Source: a virus. From it: a DNA stretch of 64,000 bases. The notes beneath the pieces were generated by a model, which was given only the letters and a program-made list of their open reading frames with translations, had not been told where the DNA came from and made no database searches. This document shows positions 53,525 to 62,454 of this stretch, piece by piece. The position numbers and the translations under genes are program-made. The number at the start of each line of letters is the position of its first letter. Position 1 is the stretch's first letter. The DNA lies in the IMG/VR virus record IMGVR_UViG_3300044620_001243. One strand, given 5' to 3'.

Positions 53525-54256
53525 ATGGATAAAGATAAATTAAAAAATATCATTACCAGAATTGGTCAAATAAATCCAAAATATGAATTGGAAAATATTC
53601 TGCCTCAATCGCCAAAATTAATTAAATTAATGCCTAAATTAATTCAACTCATGGGTGACCCATTAGAAGATGCTCAATTGGCTGCAGTTAAAAAAGATGG
53701 TTTAACAATCGAATATATCGTTAAAGGTGGAATCACCCCATCAGAAGATGTTCAATTGGCTGCAGTTAACGAAAATGGTTATGCAATCCAATATATCATT
53801 AATGGTGGAATCGTCCCATCAGAAGGTGTTCAATTGGCTGCAGTTAACAAAAAGGGTTATGCAATCTCAAATATCATTAAAGGTGGAATCGTCCCATCAG
53901 AAGATGTTCAATTGGCCGCAGTTAACGAAGAGGGTTATGCAATAGGATATATCATTGATGGTGGAATCGTCCCATCAGAAGGTGTTCAATTGGCCGCAGT
54001 TAATAATAATGGTTATGCAATCCAACATATCATTAATGGTGGAATCGTTCCATCAGAAGGTGTTCAATTGGCCGCAGTTAACAAAAAGGGTTTATCAATC
54101 GAATATATCATTGATGCCGGAATCATTCCATCAGAAGATGTTCAATTTGGAGCAGTTAATTATAATGGTTTATCAATCCAATATATCATTGATGCTGGAA
54201 TCACCCCATCAGAACGTGTAAAAGAACTTGCTCGTTCCAAGGGTGTTCAAATATAA
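53525..54256 (+). CDS. DUF4116-like repeat protein, paralog 1 of 3
   Basis: Seven roughly 30-aa repeats GGI.PSEDVQLAAVN.NGYAIQYII; shared N- and C-termini with the next two genes. Confidence 0.6.
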   Translation: MDKDKLKNIITRIGQINPKYELENILPQSPKLIKLMPKLIQLMGDPLEDAQLAAVKKDGLTIEYIVKGGITPSEDVQLAAVNENGYAIQYIINGGIVPSEGVQLAAVNKKGYAISNIIKGGIVPSEDVQLAAVNEEGYAIGYIIDGGIVPSEGVQLAAVNNNGYAIQHIINGGIVPSEGVQLAAVNKKGLSIEYIIDAGIIPSEDVQFGAVNYNGLSIQYIIDAGITPSERVKELARSKGVQI

Positions 54257-54261
54257 ATAAC

Positions 54262-54897
54262 ATGGATAAAGATAAATTAAAAAATATCATTACCAGAATT
54301 GGTCAAATAAATCCAAAATATGAATTGGAAAATATTCTGCCCCAATCACCAAAATTAATTCAATTCATGGATAATCCATCAGAAGATGTTCAATTGGCCG
54401 CAGTTAAAAAAGATGGTTTAACAATCTATTATATCATTGAAGCCGGAATCGTCCCATCTGAAGATGTTCAATTGGCTGCAGTTAATAATAATGGTTCATC
54501 AATCTATCAAATCATATATGATGCTGGAATCACCCCATCAGAAGATGTTCAATTGGTTGCAGTTAAAAAAGTGGGCGACTTAATCTATGATATCATTAAA
54601 GTCGGAATAACCCCATCAGAAGATGTTCAATTGGCTGCGGTTAATAATAATGGTTCATCAATAGGATATATCATTAACGGTGGAATCACCCCATCAGAAG
54701 ATGTTCAATTGGCCGCTGCTAATCAAAATGGTAGGGTAATCCAATATATCATTAAAGCTGGAATCACCCCATCAGAAGATGTTCAATTGGCCGCAGTTAA
54801 TAATAATGGTTATGCAATCCAACATATCATTAACGCCCGAATCACCCCATCAGAACGTGTAAAAGAACTTGCTCGTTCCAAGGGTGTTAATATATAA
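54262..54897 (+). CDS. DUF4116-like repeat protein, paralog 2 of 3
   Basis: Same architecture; N-terminus MDKDKLKNIITRIGQINPKYELENI identical. Confidence 0.6.
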   Translation: MDKDKLKNIITRIGQINPKYELENILPQSPKLIQFMDNPSEDVQLAAVKKDGLTIYYIIEAGIVPSEDVQLAAVNNNGSSIYQIIYDAGITPSEDVQLVAVKKVGDLIYDIIKVGITPSEDVQLAAVNNNGSSIGYIINGGITPSEDVQLAAANQNGRVIQYIIKAGITPSEDVQLAAVNNNGYAIQHIINARITPSERVKELARSKGVNI

Positions 54898-54902
54898 GTT
54901 AT

Positions 54903-55616
54903 ATGGATAAAGATAAATTAAAAAATATCATTACCAGAATTGGTCAAATAAATCCAAAATATGAATTGGAAAATATTGTGCAGCAAGCGCCACAATTAAT
55001 TCAATTCATGGATAATCCATCTGAAGAAATTCAATTGGCCGCGGTTGAAAAAGATGGTAAATATATAAAAAATATTATTGAAAGTGGAATCAAACCATCA
55101 GAAGATGTTCAATGGACAGCTGTTAATCAAGGTGGTCAGTCACTTTATTTTATCCTTGAAGCCGGAATCGTCCCATCTGAAGATGTTCAGTTGGCAGCGG
55201 TTAGAAGTAGAGGTTCGGCAATCCAATTTATCATTGAAGCTGGAATCATTCCATCAGAAGATGTTCAATGGTTTGCGGTTAACGAAAATGGTTATGTAAT
55301 CCAAGATATCATTGATGCCGGAATCACCCCATCAGAACGTGTTCAATTGGCCACAGTTAATTATAATGGTTTGTTAATCAAATATATCATTGATGTCGGA
55401 ATCACCCCATCAGAACGTGTTCAATTGGCTGCTGTTAATCAAAATGGTTTGTCAATCAAAGATATCATTGAAGCCGGAATCGTCCCATCTGAAGATGTTC
55501 AGTTGACTGCAGTTAGAAGTAGAGGTTCGGCAATCCAATTTATCATTTATAATGGTGGAATCAAACCATCAGAACGTGTAAAAGAACTTGCTCGTTCCAA
55601 GGGTATTAATATATAA
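54903..55616 (+). CDS. DUF4116-like repeat protein, paralog 3 of 3
   Basis: Same architecture; C-terminus PSERVKELARSKG.NI shared. Confidence 0.6.
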   Translation: MDKDKLKNIITRIGQINPKYELENIVQQAPQLIQFMDNPSEEIQLAAVEKDGKYIKNIIESGIKPSEDVQWTAVNQGGQSLYFILEAGIVPSEDVQLAAVRSRGSAIQFIIEAGIIPSEDVQWFAVNENGYVIQDIIDAGITPSERVQLATVNYNGLLIKYIIDVGITPSERVQLAAVNQNGLSIKDIIEAGIVPSEDVQLTAVRSRGSAIQFIIYNGGIKPSERVKELARSKGINI

Positions 55617-55621
55617 ATAAC

Positions 55622-56194
55622 ATGGAAAAAAATCTAAATGAAGAGATTTCAAGAATAAAATCAATAATCAATTTTATGAATGAAAATGAATTGCCCAAAA
55701 ATTCTGGAGACTTAATAAGGATGTTACCTGAAAAGTTAAAAGAATTATTTTTCAATCAATGGAAAGCAAAACAAAACCCAAAATGGCACCCCGAAGGTAA
55801 CACATTGAAACATATTCTTGTTGTAATTAAAAGGGCTTATCATTATTATCCTGATGACCCCAATATGATTATGGCGGCGTTGTTTCATGATTTGGGGAAA
55901 ATTGATACATACAACATTAACCCAAAAACGGGGGAACCAACTGCGTATGGTCATGAGAACAAGTCAGTGCAATATGTGGAAGAATTCAAAGATTGGATTC
56001 AGAGTTTTGAGGGAACGAACGTGGAAGAGATTAAATATTTGGTTAAAAACCATATGAAGGTAAAACCATCCACATGGGACTCAATGAGGGATATTAAGAA
56101 AGAACCGATACAATCACACCCCGCATTTGATAAATTAATGGGTTTTACAAGTAAATTGGATGGTGGGGGGATTAATTTGGAAAAAAATATTTAA
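55622..56194 (+). CDS. HD-domain phosphohydrolase (CCA-enzyme HD-domain-like)
   Basis: NPKWHPEGNTLKH and LFHDLGK (H...HD) resemble the HD domain of bacterial CCA-adding enzymes. Confidence 0.6.
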   Translation: MEKNLNEEISRIKSIINFMNENELPKNSGDLIRMLPEKLKELFFNQWKAKQNPKWHPEGNTLKHILVVIKRAYHYYPDDPNMIMAALFHDLGKIDTYNINPKTGEPTAYGHENKSVQYVEEFKDWIQSFEGTNVEEIKYLVKNHMKVKPSTWDSMRDIKKEPIQSHPAFDKLMGFTSKLDGGGINLEKNI

Positions 56195-56211
56195 ACAAAA
56201 AAGTTAATTTT

Positions 56212-56243
56212 TTTGGAAGTATGGTATCTTTTACTTATCTTTG
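56212..56243 (+). promoter_or_regulatory. Bacteroidota-type promoter
   Basis: TTTG, 20 nt, TATCTTTG. Confidence 0.5.
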
Positions 56244-56249
56244 TAGAAG

Positions 56250-56369
56250 ATGAAAACAAATCTATTCATGGAAATATTAATTTATATTGGGTTTATCTTG
56301 TGGTTTTTTGCGGGATATAATATGGGTGTGTGTGACCAAAGAATGAAAAATTTATTTAAAAATAAATAA
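56250..56369 (+). CDS. hypothetical small membrane protein
   Basis: 39-codon ORF found by eye, downstream of promoter 56212-56243. Confidence 0.3.
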   Translation: MKTNLFMEILIYIGFILWFFAGYNMGVCDQRMKNLFKNK

Positions 56370-56376
56370 ATCCAAA

Positions 56377-56631
56377 ATGGGAACCGAAGTAAAATTGTTT
56401 GTCAAATACAATGAAATTGACGGTAGGTCATATTTTGATTTAAGTGTTGGTGATGGTAATAAAGACATATCTTTACGTGATATTCGTGCAATATTAACTG
56501 GTGCCGTTGCTATGACCATTAGATTATCTGAAAATGATGTCGAGGCAATGACAGAGGTTATAAACTTATTGAATGAACAATTTGTGAGTCCTCATGCATT
56601 CGAAGATGGTAAATTAAAAAAAATAATATGA
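56377..56631 (+). CDS. hypothetical protein
   Basis: 84 aa ORF. Confidence 0.45.
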   Translation: MGTEVKLFVKYNEIDGRSYFDLSVGDGNKDISLRDIRAILTGAVAMTIRLSENDVEAMTEVINLLNEQFVSPHAFEDGKLKKII

Positions 56632-56819
56632 TATTACTTAGACAACAAAAAGTATTGGTGACTGGTGATGAATACGCCGGCGATATTCAGAACAAGATTG
56701 ACAAAATCTTGGAAGATGGTTGGTTCATTGTATCTGTAACAGCACAACACATATCAACAGGTAGTAGTAGTTATCTAAGAGGAGGTTATCTCATCGTGTT
56801 TGAAAGAACCATTAGTTAA
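56628..56819 (+). CDS. hypothetical protein
   Basis: 63 aa ORF, ATGA overlap. Confidence 0.4.
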   Translation: MILLRQQKVLVTGDEYAGDIQNKIDKILEDGWFIVSVTAQHISTGSSSYLRGGYLIVFERTIS

Positions 56820-56830
56820 ATCCAAAACCG

Positions 56831-57448
56831 ATGCAAAAAGTTATTTTCTTGGATATTGATGGGGTAATGAACTCACATATTTTCTATGAACAAAGGCATA
56901 GAAAAAGATGGTTGAAATGGAGAACTTATTATTTTTTGATTAGAAGATTTTTGGGGATTAAATCCAAATCCGTGAGTCTTGCTAACCACAAAACACCCAA
57001 ATCCCATTGCACATACCAACACCAATTTAAAAGATTAAAAGAAGAGACTTGTCAGCAAAAATGGAAATGGCTTGCTAATTTCTGCAACGAGACTGGAACT
57101 AAAATTTGTGTATCATCTGTGTGGAGATTTCATTTTGGAAATGAAGAATCGGTTATACCCCTGTGGTGGGAACGAGCACTGATTGATTTGGGTTTCAACG
57201 AAGGAACATTTGTTGGTATCACCGACAGATTGGGAATGAGAGGAGAAGAAATCAAGGATTGGCTTCAAAAAAATCAGGAAGTTCAGGAATATGCAATTTT
57301 AGATGATGACTCTGATATGCTACCTGAACAGATGGATAAATTTTATCATTGTGATGGATATTTTGGTCTTTCTCCCAATCACTTATATCGTATCCAAAGA
57401 GCCTTCTCGGGTAAAAGTAAATATGGACATTTGAATAAAACCGTATAA
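56831..57448 (+). CDS. HAD-like phosphatase (recalls the HAD domains of 'Swiss-army-knife' RNA-repair proteins)
   Basis: VIFLDIDGVMNS motif I; ILDDDSD motif near the C-terminus. Confidence 0.45.
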   Translation: MQKVIFLDIDGVMNSHIFYEQRHRKRWLKWRTYYFLIRRFLGIKSKSVSLANHKTPKSHCTYQHQFKRLKEETCQQKWKWLANFCNETGTKICVSSVWRFHFGNEESVIPLWWERALIDLGFNEGTFVGITDRLGMRGEEIKDWLQKNQEVQEYAILDDDSDMLPEQMDKFYHCDGYFGLSPNHLYRIQRAFSGKSKYGHLNKTV

Positions 57449-57467
57449 ATTTATAATTCAAAATCGA

Positions 57468-58595
57468 ATGAGACACGAAAAATTGATTGAAAAACATTTA
57501 GGTATTAACACACCTGATTGGGTTAAAGAAAAAGTAAATAATGCCATAGATGAAGCACTTGGTTATAATTTGAAAAAATCTGAAGAACTCACACCATACA
57601 TTGAATACTACTCCAACGGAAATGTACTTGTCAAAGGACAAAAGAACTCCAAAGGACAAGAAGAAGGTCTTTGGGAGTGGTTCTATAAAAACGGAAACAT
57701 CCGTATGAGAATCCCATACAAAGAGGGTAAGGAAGATGGAATTGAGGAGGTTTTCTATGAAAACGGAAACATCAGTATGAGAATCCCATACAAGGAGGGT
57801 AAGATGGATGGAATTCGGGAGTGGTTTGATAAACAATGGAACATCAAAGCAAGAATCCCATTCAAAGAGGGTAAGGAGGATGGAATTGCGGAGTGGTTTG
57901 ATGAACAGGGAAACATCACCGAAACCCGTGTATGTAAAAATGGTGAAGTAATTGAAATAACTAAACCCGAACTCACACCCCACATCGAATACTACTCCAA
58001 CGGGAACGTAAGGGTCAAAGGACAAAGGAATTCCAAAGGACAACGAGAAGGTATTTGGGAGTGGTTTTTTGAGAACGGAAACATCCTATGTAGAACCCCG
58101 TACAAAGAGGGTAATATGGATGGTATTGAGGAGTTGTTCTATGAAAACGGAAACACCAAATGGAGAATCCCATACAAAAATGGCGTGGAGGATGGAGTTC
58201 AGGAGTGTTTTGATGAACAGGGAAACATCACCGCGACCAGTCATTGGAAAGATGGTGAAGTAATTGAAGAAACTAAACCCGAACTCACACCCCACATTGA
58301 ATACTACCCCAACGGAAATGTATGGTTCAAAGGTCAAAAGAACTCCAAAGGACAACGAGAGGGGATTTGGGAGATTTTTTGGATGAACGGAAACATCGAA
58401 TGGAGAACTTCTTACAAAGAGGGTAAGGAGGATGGTATTGATGAGGGGTTCTATTCAGACGGAAACATCCGTTGTAGAACCCCATACAAAGAGGGTAAGG
58501 AGGATGGAATTGAGGAGCGGTTTGATGAACAAGGAAACATCACCGAAACCCGTCATTGGAAAGACGGGGAAATAATTGAAGAAACTAAACACTAA
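57468..58595 (+). CDS. MORN/YwqK-type repeat protein
   Basis: 375 aa; about 12 tandem roughly 23-aa repeats in three blocks, each starting ELTP.IEYY.NGN. Confidence 0.7.
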   Translation: MRHEKLIEKHLGINTPDWVKEKVNNAIDEALGYNLKKSEELTPYIEYYSNGNVLVKGQKNSKGQEEGLWEWFYKNGNIRMRIPYKEGKEDGIEEVFYENGNISMRIPYKEGKMDGIREWFDKQWNIKARIPFKEGKEDGIAEWFDEQGNITETRVCKNGEVIEITKPELTPHIEYYSNGNVRVKGQRNSKGQREGIWEWFFENGNILCRTPYKEGNMDGIEELFYENGNTKWRIPYKNGVEDGVQECFDEQGNITATSHWKDGEVIEETKPELTPHIEYYPNGNVWFKGQKNSKGQREGIWEIFWMNGNIEWRTSYKEGKEDGIDEGFYSDGNIRCRTPYKEGKEDGIEERFDEQGNITETRHWKDGEIIEETKH

Positions 58596-58598
58596 ACT

Positions 58599-59222
58599 AT
58601 GACACACAACATCATTAAAACAGACAACTATCTTTTTATTGGTTCTGATGATGACATTAGAAGAGGATTGTTTTATTGTGTAAGAAGGAAAAATATTTTC
58701 CAAGATGAGGGTGAAGATATTCATTGTTGTATGGGAGATATCAGAATTATGGCCCACTTACCACTCAACAACTCACCTGTTCTTGAAGGTATAGACTTAT
58801 TACCCGCTTTAGAGGATGGTGTTGAGAAGTTGGCTGAGGAATTTAAAAGTTCATATAAAAAAGTTGGAGTTACTGATTATGAGGTTTCATCATTTATTGT
58901 AGGCTACAACAAAGCCAAAGAGAAGTACAAGTACACAGAAGAAGATTTGAGAGAAGCTTTATTTGAAGTATTAAATACATCAAAAGAAGAATGTTGTGCA
59001 ACTCATACGAAAGATAGTATTGTTCGTAGAGTAATCAAATCCCTCCAACAACCAAAGATACCTGATGCTTTTGAGTGTGAGATGGTAACTATGAACAAAG
59101 GTTATACTGAAGAATCTGACTATCCGTATCAACAGTGTGATATACCAAAAATCACAACCAACTCACAAGGTCTCACGCAGTGGGTTGGTAGCTATATCTT
59201 TAAAACCAAAAATCAAAACTAA
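58599..59222 (+). CDS. hypothetical protein
   Basis: 207 aa ORF. Confidence 0.5.
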   Translation: MTHNIIKTDNYLFIGSDDDIRRGLFYCVRRKNIFQDEGEDIHCCMGDIRIMAHLPLNNSPVLEGIDLLPALEDGVEKLAEEFKSSYKKVGVTDYEVSSFIVGYNKAKEKYKYTEEDLREALFEVLNTSKEECCATHTKDSIVRRVIKSLQQPKIPDAFECEMVTMNKGYTEESDYPYQQCDIPKITTNSQGLTQWVGSYIFKTKNQN

Positions 59223-59232
59223 ATTAAAAATT

Positions 59233-59427
59233 ATGCAAAATTTAATCTCAACCGAATTATACGAAGTAACCGAAAAACTTTACAGAGATATGAACCCAAA
59301 TGGCAGGATGTCAGAACCACCGAGTAGTGTCTATGTTACTGTTATTGAAAAGTGGTATCCCGAATACCGGCAATCAAATTCCGAATTGAGTTTCTACGAA
59401 TGGTGTAAAAAAAATAAAAGTAATTAA
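59233..59427 (+). CDS. hypothetical protein
   Basis: 64 aa from ATG 59233 (track ORF 59137 overlaps upstream gene). Confidence 0.4.
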   Translation: MQNLISTELYEVTEKLYRDMNPNGRMSEPPSSVYVTVIEKWYPEYRQSNSELSFYEWCKKNKSN

Positions 59428-59429
59428 AT

Positions 59430-59549
59430 ATGATAGGACTTATTATTTTCGGATTGTTGATTTTTTGGATTATTATAACGGAAGGAAATATTTTTCTTCG
59501 CGATAATGACGATGATTGGGACGGAACAAATCAAAGTATAGATTTGTGA
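59430..59549 (+). CDS. hypothetical small membrane protein
   Basis: 39-codon ORF found by eye (MIGLIIFGLLIFWIIIT...). Confidence 0.3.
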   Translation: MIGLIIFGLLIFWIIITEGNIFLRDNDDDWDGTNQSIDL

Positions 59550-59590
59550 TTATTTTCAAAAATAATTTTTTTTTTTGAACTTGTAGTTAG

Positions 59591-59598
59591 TATATTTA
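59591..59598 (+). promoter_or_regulatory. -7 box TATATTTA
   Basis: 22 nt upstream of ATG 59621. Confidence 0.4.
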
Positions 59599-59620
59599 CA
59601 CCATCAAATCAAGATTAAAA

Positions 59621-59875
59621 ATGTACGAAGCAAAATACGTAATCGTTGAAGGGAGTGGAATCATCTTTTCCGCAGCAATCCAACACAAAGACATGGTTGG
59701 TTATAATGAAAAATGCGAAGGTGCTGGGTTCGTAAGGTTTGCCGTTGAAAAAGATAGCTACGGCGATGACATCATCGTTGCCCAATGCTACGGCGAGTCC
59801 ATTTCATTGGGTATCGAATCTCGACCAGAAAAAGATTCAAAAATTCTAACGCGTCAAATCACCAATCCTTTTTGA
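59621..59875 (+). CDS. hypothetical protein
   Basis: 84 aa ORF downstream of the -7 box at 59591-59598. Confidence 0.5.
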   Translation: MYEAKYVIVEGSGIIFSAAIQHKDMVGYNEKCEGAGFVRFAVEKDSYGDDIIVAQCYGESISLGIESRPEKDSKILTRQITNPF

Positions 59876-59901
59876 ATGTAAAACTAAAAAATATTAAAAC
59901 G

Positions 59902-60105
59902 ATGATAACAATTTCAACTCTATTCATTTTGCTGTACTCATACAGTCTGTATAAAATTAGAAAAGACTCTGGGTCTTGGAAAGAATTCGACCCATTTGGG
60001 AGTAGTCTATTTGTCTCGTTGGTATTCATATTCGGTACATCAGCAATCATAGTATGTGTGTTAGGAATTCTAGGTTATGTGGTACAAAATAATTTAATAC
60101 CCTAA
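59902..60105 (+). CDS. small membrane protein
   Basis: 67 aa from ATG 59902; two TM helices. Confidence 0.4.
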   Translation: MITISTLFILLYSYSLYKIRKDSGSWKEFDPFGSSLFVSLVFIFGTSAIIVCVLGILGYVVQNNLIP

Positions 60106-60117
60106 ATAATACAAAAC

Positions 60118-60225
60118 ATGAAAAAAGAAAAAACATATTTTGATGGAATTATAGTAGGGTTTGGTATAACTTTTATACTTTATTCAATCTTGTTAGGTTA
60201 TATCATTTCAATCTTAACACCATAA
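60118..60225 (+). CDS. hypothetical small membrane protein
   Basis: 35-codon ORF found by eye. Confidence 0.25.
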   Translation: MKKEKTYFDGIIVGFGITFILYSILLGYIISILTP

Positions 60226-60239
60226 AACTCTTCAACCAC

Positions 60240-60947
60240 ATGTACGTAGTATACGCAAAGAATGATTTCACTCTTTTAGGAAAAGAGTATTTCGGTACTG
60301 ACGAAAAAAGTATCATCGGCTTTCATGACCCAGTTAGAGCTTCTCACTTTGAATCTGTTGAAGCGGCAGAAGAGTTCTGTAAACTTTTTGACTATCCAGA
60401 TAGAAAGATAGAACCTCTGTCAAAACACATAAAGCTTTTTCAAAAGTGCACTTATGTTTACAGAAAGATTGATAAGCTAGATGACTGTATAAACATCAAG
60501 TATGATGAGAAAAAGCACGATGCTCTCGCAGTTCTTGATTGGAGAATGAAACATGCTAAAGAACCAGAAAGAGCGGTTGCTTATGAGAACTATCGAACTT
60601 GGCCAGATTTGTATTCTGTATTTACATACTTATTCAAACTCACTAGATACTACTCAAGAGATTACAAATCCCTGTTCTATTCGGTTCAGTTAAAGACTCC
60701 AAAGAACGGAAACTACGAGGCTTTTTACAAGGAATTCGCACTCGTTCTTGACTATTGTACTTTTGTAGATGAGGATGGCAGAAAGGTATTTGACATTATA
60801 GACCTCGAACTTTGTGAATATGAAAGAAGAAGATTATGTTTCGGTGGAGAAGATGATTGCACCATTTCAAATGGTAGGCGCGACATCTTCAAGGGAACTC
60901 TGAAAGAGTGTTTTGAGGAAATGAGAAAAGACTTTTGGTATAACTGA
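60240..60947 (+). CDS. hypothetical protein
   Basis: 235 aa ORF, less AT-rich than surroundings. Confidence 0.55.
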   Translation: MYVVYAKNDFTLLGKEYFGTDEKSIIGFHDPVRASHFESVEAAEEFCKLFDYPDRKIEPLSKHIKLFQKCTYVYRKIDKLDDCINIKYDEKKHDALAVLDWRMKHAKEPERAVAYENYRTWPDLYSVFTYLFKLTRYYSRDYKSLFYSVQLKTPKNGNYEAFYKEFALVLDYCTFVDEDGRKVFDIIDLELCEYERRRLCFGGEDDCTISNGRRDIFKGTLKECFEEMRKDFWYN

Positions 60948-60965
60948 TATTCCAAGAAATCTTTA

Positions 60966-60992
60966 CCCAGATTTGAATCCTATCTTGACAAC
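60966..60992 (+). other. decayed 3' half of a shell element
   Basis: CCAGATTTGAATCCTATCTTGACAAC versus consensus ACAGGTTCGAATCCTGTCCTGACTAC; followed by the shared cassette leader. Confidence 0.5.
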
Positions 60993-61015
60993 AAAAAAAA
61001 CAAAAAACAAAACAA

Positions 61016-61222
61016 ATGAAAAACAAAGTTTGGAACAAAACAGTTATTGCAACTGAAGAACAAAACGTAAGCATTTATCCGACAGATGAGTTTGATGGCA
61101 TTATAGTTGAAACAAAAGAGTTGGACGATAAAACATTAAATGGTAAGTTGTATCTTAACAAAGATGAAATGGAACTGTTGATTCAGAAAATGGTGGAAAT
61201 GATGAATTACGTAAAAAGTTAA
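61016..61222 (+). CDS. hypothetical protein (cassette after a decayed tRNA-like 3' half)
   Basis: 68 aa; leader AACAAAACAAATGAAA shared with other cassettes. Confidence 0.45.
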   Translation: MKNKVWNKTVIATEEQNVSIYPTDEFDGIIVETKELDDKTLNGKLYLNKDEMELLIQKMVEMMNYVKS

Positions 61223-61237
61223 TCGAATCCTGACTGC
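61223..61237 (+). other. truncated 3' half of a shell element
   Basis: TCGAATCCTGACTGC equals the consensus T-loop/acceptor with an internal 5-nt deletion; followed by the shared leader. Confidence 0.45.
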
Positions 61238-61264
61238 AAATCAAATCAACTAAAAACAAAACAA

Positions 61265-61405
61265 ATGAAAAATAAGTTAAAAACAATTTGGCATGATTTT
61301 TGGACTGACCCCCTATACTACATTGTAATTATGTCGTATATTGGTTTGCTTTTAATTATGTTAATAGTTAGTGTGGCTTGGTTTATCCAACCTTTAATAA
61401 AATAA
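61265..61405 (+). CDS. hypothetical small membrane protein (cassette)
   Basis: 46-codon ORF found by eye; same leader; stop 6 nt before the tRNA-Leu at 61412. Confidence 0.35.
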   Translation: MKNKLKTIWHDFWTDPLYYIVIMSYIGLLLIMLIVSVAWFIQPLIK

Positions 61406-61411
61406 CAAAAC

Positions 61412-61501
61412 AGTCAGGTGGTGGAATTGGTTAGACCGTCCCCTCCCTTAAGTGGAAGGGGGAGACCGAAAGGTATACAGGTTCGAATCCTGTCCTGACT
61501 A
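61412..61501 (+). tRNA. tRNA-Leu (UAA), type II; the most intact member of the AGTCAGG shell family
   Basis: Family acceptor and T arms; anticodon arm CCTCC-CTTAAGT-GGAAG (one C/A mismatch; U33, UAA, G37); variable arm ACC-GAAA-GGT. Confidence 0.5.
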
Positions 61502-61518
61502 CTAAAAATTAAAGAATT

Positions 61519-61680
61519 ATGAAAATAAAAGTACACTTATTAAGTCAATCTAAACCGATTGAATATGAGGATGTGAAAAACGCATACACAAAAAGCGGTT
61601 TGTATTGTGTCTATCTAAAAAACAATCAAGTACACAAATACCCTTTGTGTAATGTATTTAGAATTGAAGAAGATTATTAA
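61519..61680 (+). CDS. hypothetical small protein (cassette)
   Basis: 53-codon ORF found by eye between elements 61412-61501 and 61686-61768. Confidence 0.35.
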   Translation: MKIKVHLLSQSKPIEYEDVKNAYTKSGLYCVYLKNNQVHKYPLCNVFRIEEDY

Positions 61681-61685
61681 AACAT

Positions 61686-61768
61686 AGTCAGGTGGCGAAA
61701 TTGGATAGACGCTAGGGAAACCTTCCCGAGAATGAAAGTTCATATAGGTTCGAGTCCTGTCCTGACAA
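61686..61768 (+). ncRNA. tRNA-Leu-like shell RNA 13 (tRNA-sized)
   Basis: 83 nt; A1/A72 mismatch (CCTGACA); centre folds as GGGAA-ACC-TTCCC, not a 7-nt anticodon loop. Confidence 0.5.
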
Positions 61769-61784
61769 CTAAAAATTAAAGAAT

Positions 61785-61967
61785 ATGGAATGGGTTGAAA
61801 TTAAAAATGGAAAACCAAAAGATGGTAGTTGGGTACTAATTCAAAGTTCTTTGAAGAACGTACCGAAATATGAGGTTTGCTATTATGAAAATGATGAATG
61901 GTACATACCTTCGTATAATGATGTATGTGAAGAGAAACATATTATTAAATGGTCGTACATTGAATAA
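61785..61967 (+). CDS. hypothetical protein (cassette)
   Basis: 60 aa ORF between elements 61686 and 61974. Confidence 0.45.
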   Translation: MEWVEIKNGKPKDGSWVLIQSSLKNVPKYEVCYYENDEWYIPSYNDVCEEKHIIKWSYIE

Positions 61968-61973
61968 TCAAAC

Positions 61974-62096
61974 AGTCAGGTGGCGGAATTGGTAGACGTA
62001 TAGAGTAGGGAGTAGCACTCCATTTATGGTAAGGCAAGCAAATAAGACCTAACCCTCTAAGGTAGCACCATACAGGTTCGAATCCTGTCCTGACTA
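61974..62096 (+). ncRNA. tRNA-Leu-like shell RNA 14
   Basis: Consensus ends; 72-nt insert with TAGAG/CTCTA closing stem and GGAG-TAGCA-CTCC hairpin. Confidence 0.6.
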
Positions 62097-62115
62097 CAAA
62101 CAAACAAAAAAAAAT

Positions 62116-62322
62116 ATGAGTCAATTTATCAACACAAATCACGCAAACGAAGCGGCAAGAGAAGCCTTTCAGGGTTATAGGAAAGACACAGAAAGAATCA
62201 AACAAATCAGACAGATGTTACAGAATGGTGAATCTGTTAGCAATGAAGATATTCTTTGGTTGTGTCAAAGAGCTCAATCAGGCATACTACAAGAAGAATC
62301 AAGTTGGTATGACCACGGATAA
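62116..62322 (+). CDS. hypothetical protein (cassette)
   Basis: 68 aa ORF between elements 61974 and 62329. Confidence 0.45.
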   Translation: MSQFINTNHANEAAREAFQGYRKDTERIKQIRQMLQNGESVSNEDILWLCQRAQSGILQEESSWYDHG

Positions 62323-62328
62323 AAATAT

Positions 62329-62435
62329 AGTCAGGTGGCGGAATTGGTAGACGCAATAAGGCATGGAAACATGCGCATCATGACGGATTGGTGATATTAG
62401 CCAAAGTTATACAGGTTCGAATCCTGTCCTGACTA
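62329..62435 (+). ncRNA. tRNA-Leu-like shell RNA 15
   Basis: Consensus ends; 56-nt insert with ATAA/TTAT closing stem, GCATG-GAAA-CATGC (GNRA tetraloop) and TTGG/CCAA hairpins. Confidence 0.6.
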
Positions 62436-62454
62436 CAATAAAAAAACAAAACAA

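Noticed and set aside
61945-62205. Minus-strand ORF 61945-62205, and the 62934 start of ORF 62934-63320
   Set aside because: Both traverse shell elements. The real + strand cassette ORFs start at ATGs 16-19 nt after the elements (62116 and 63048).
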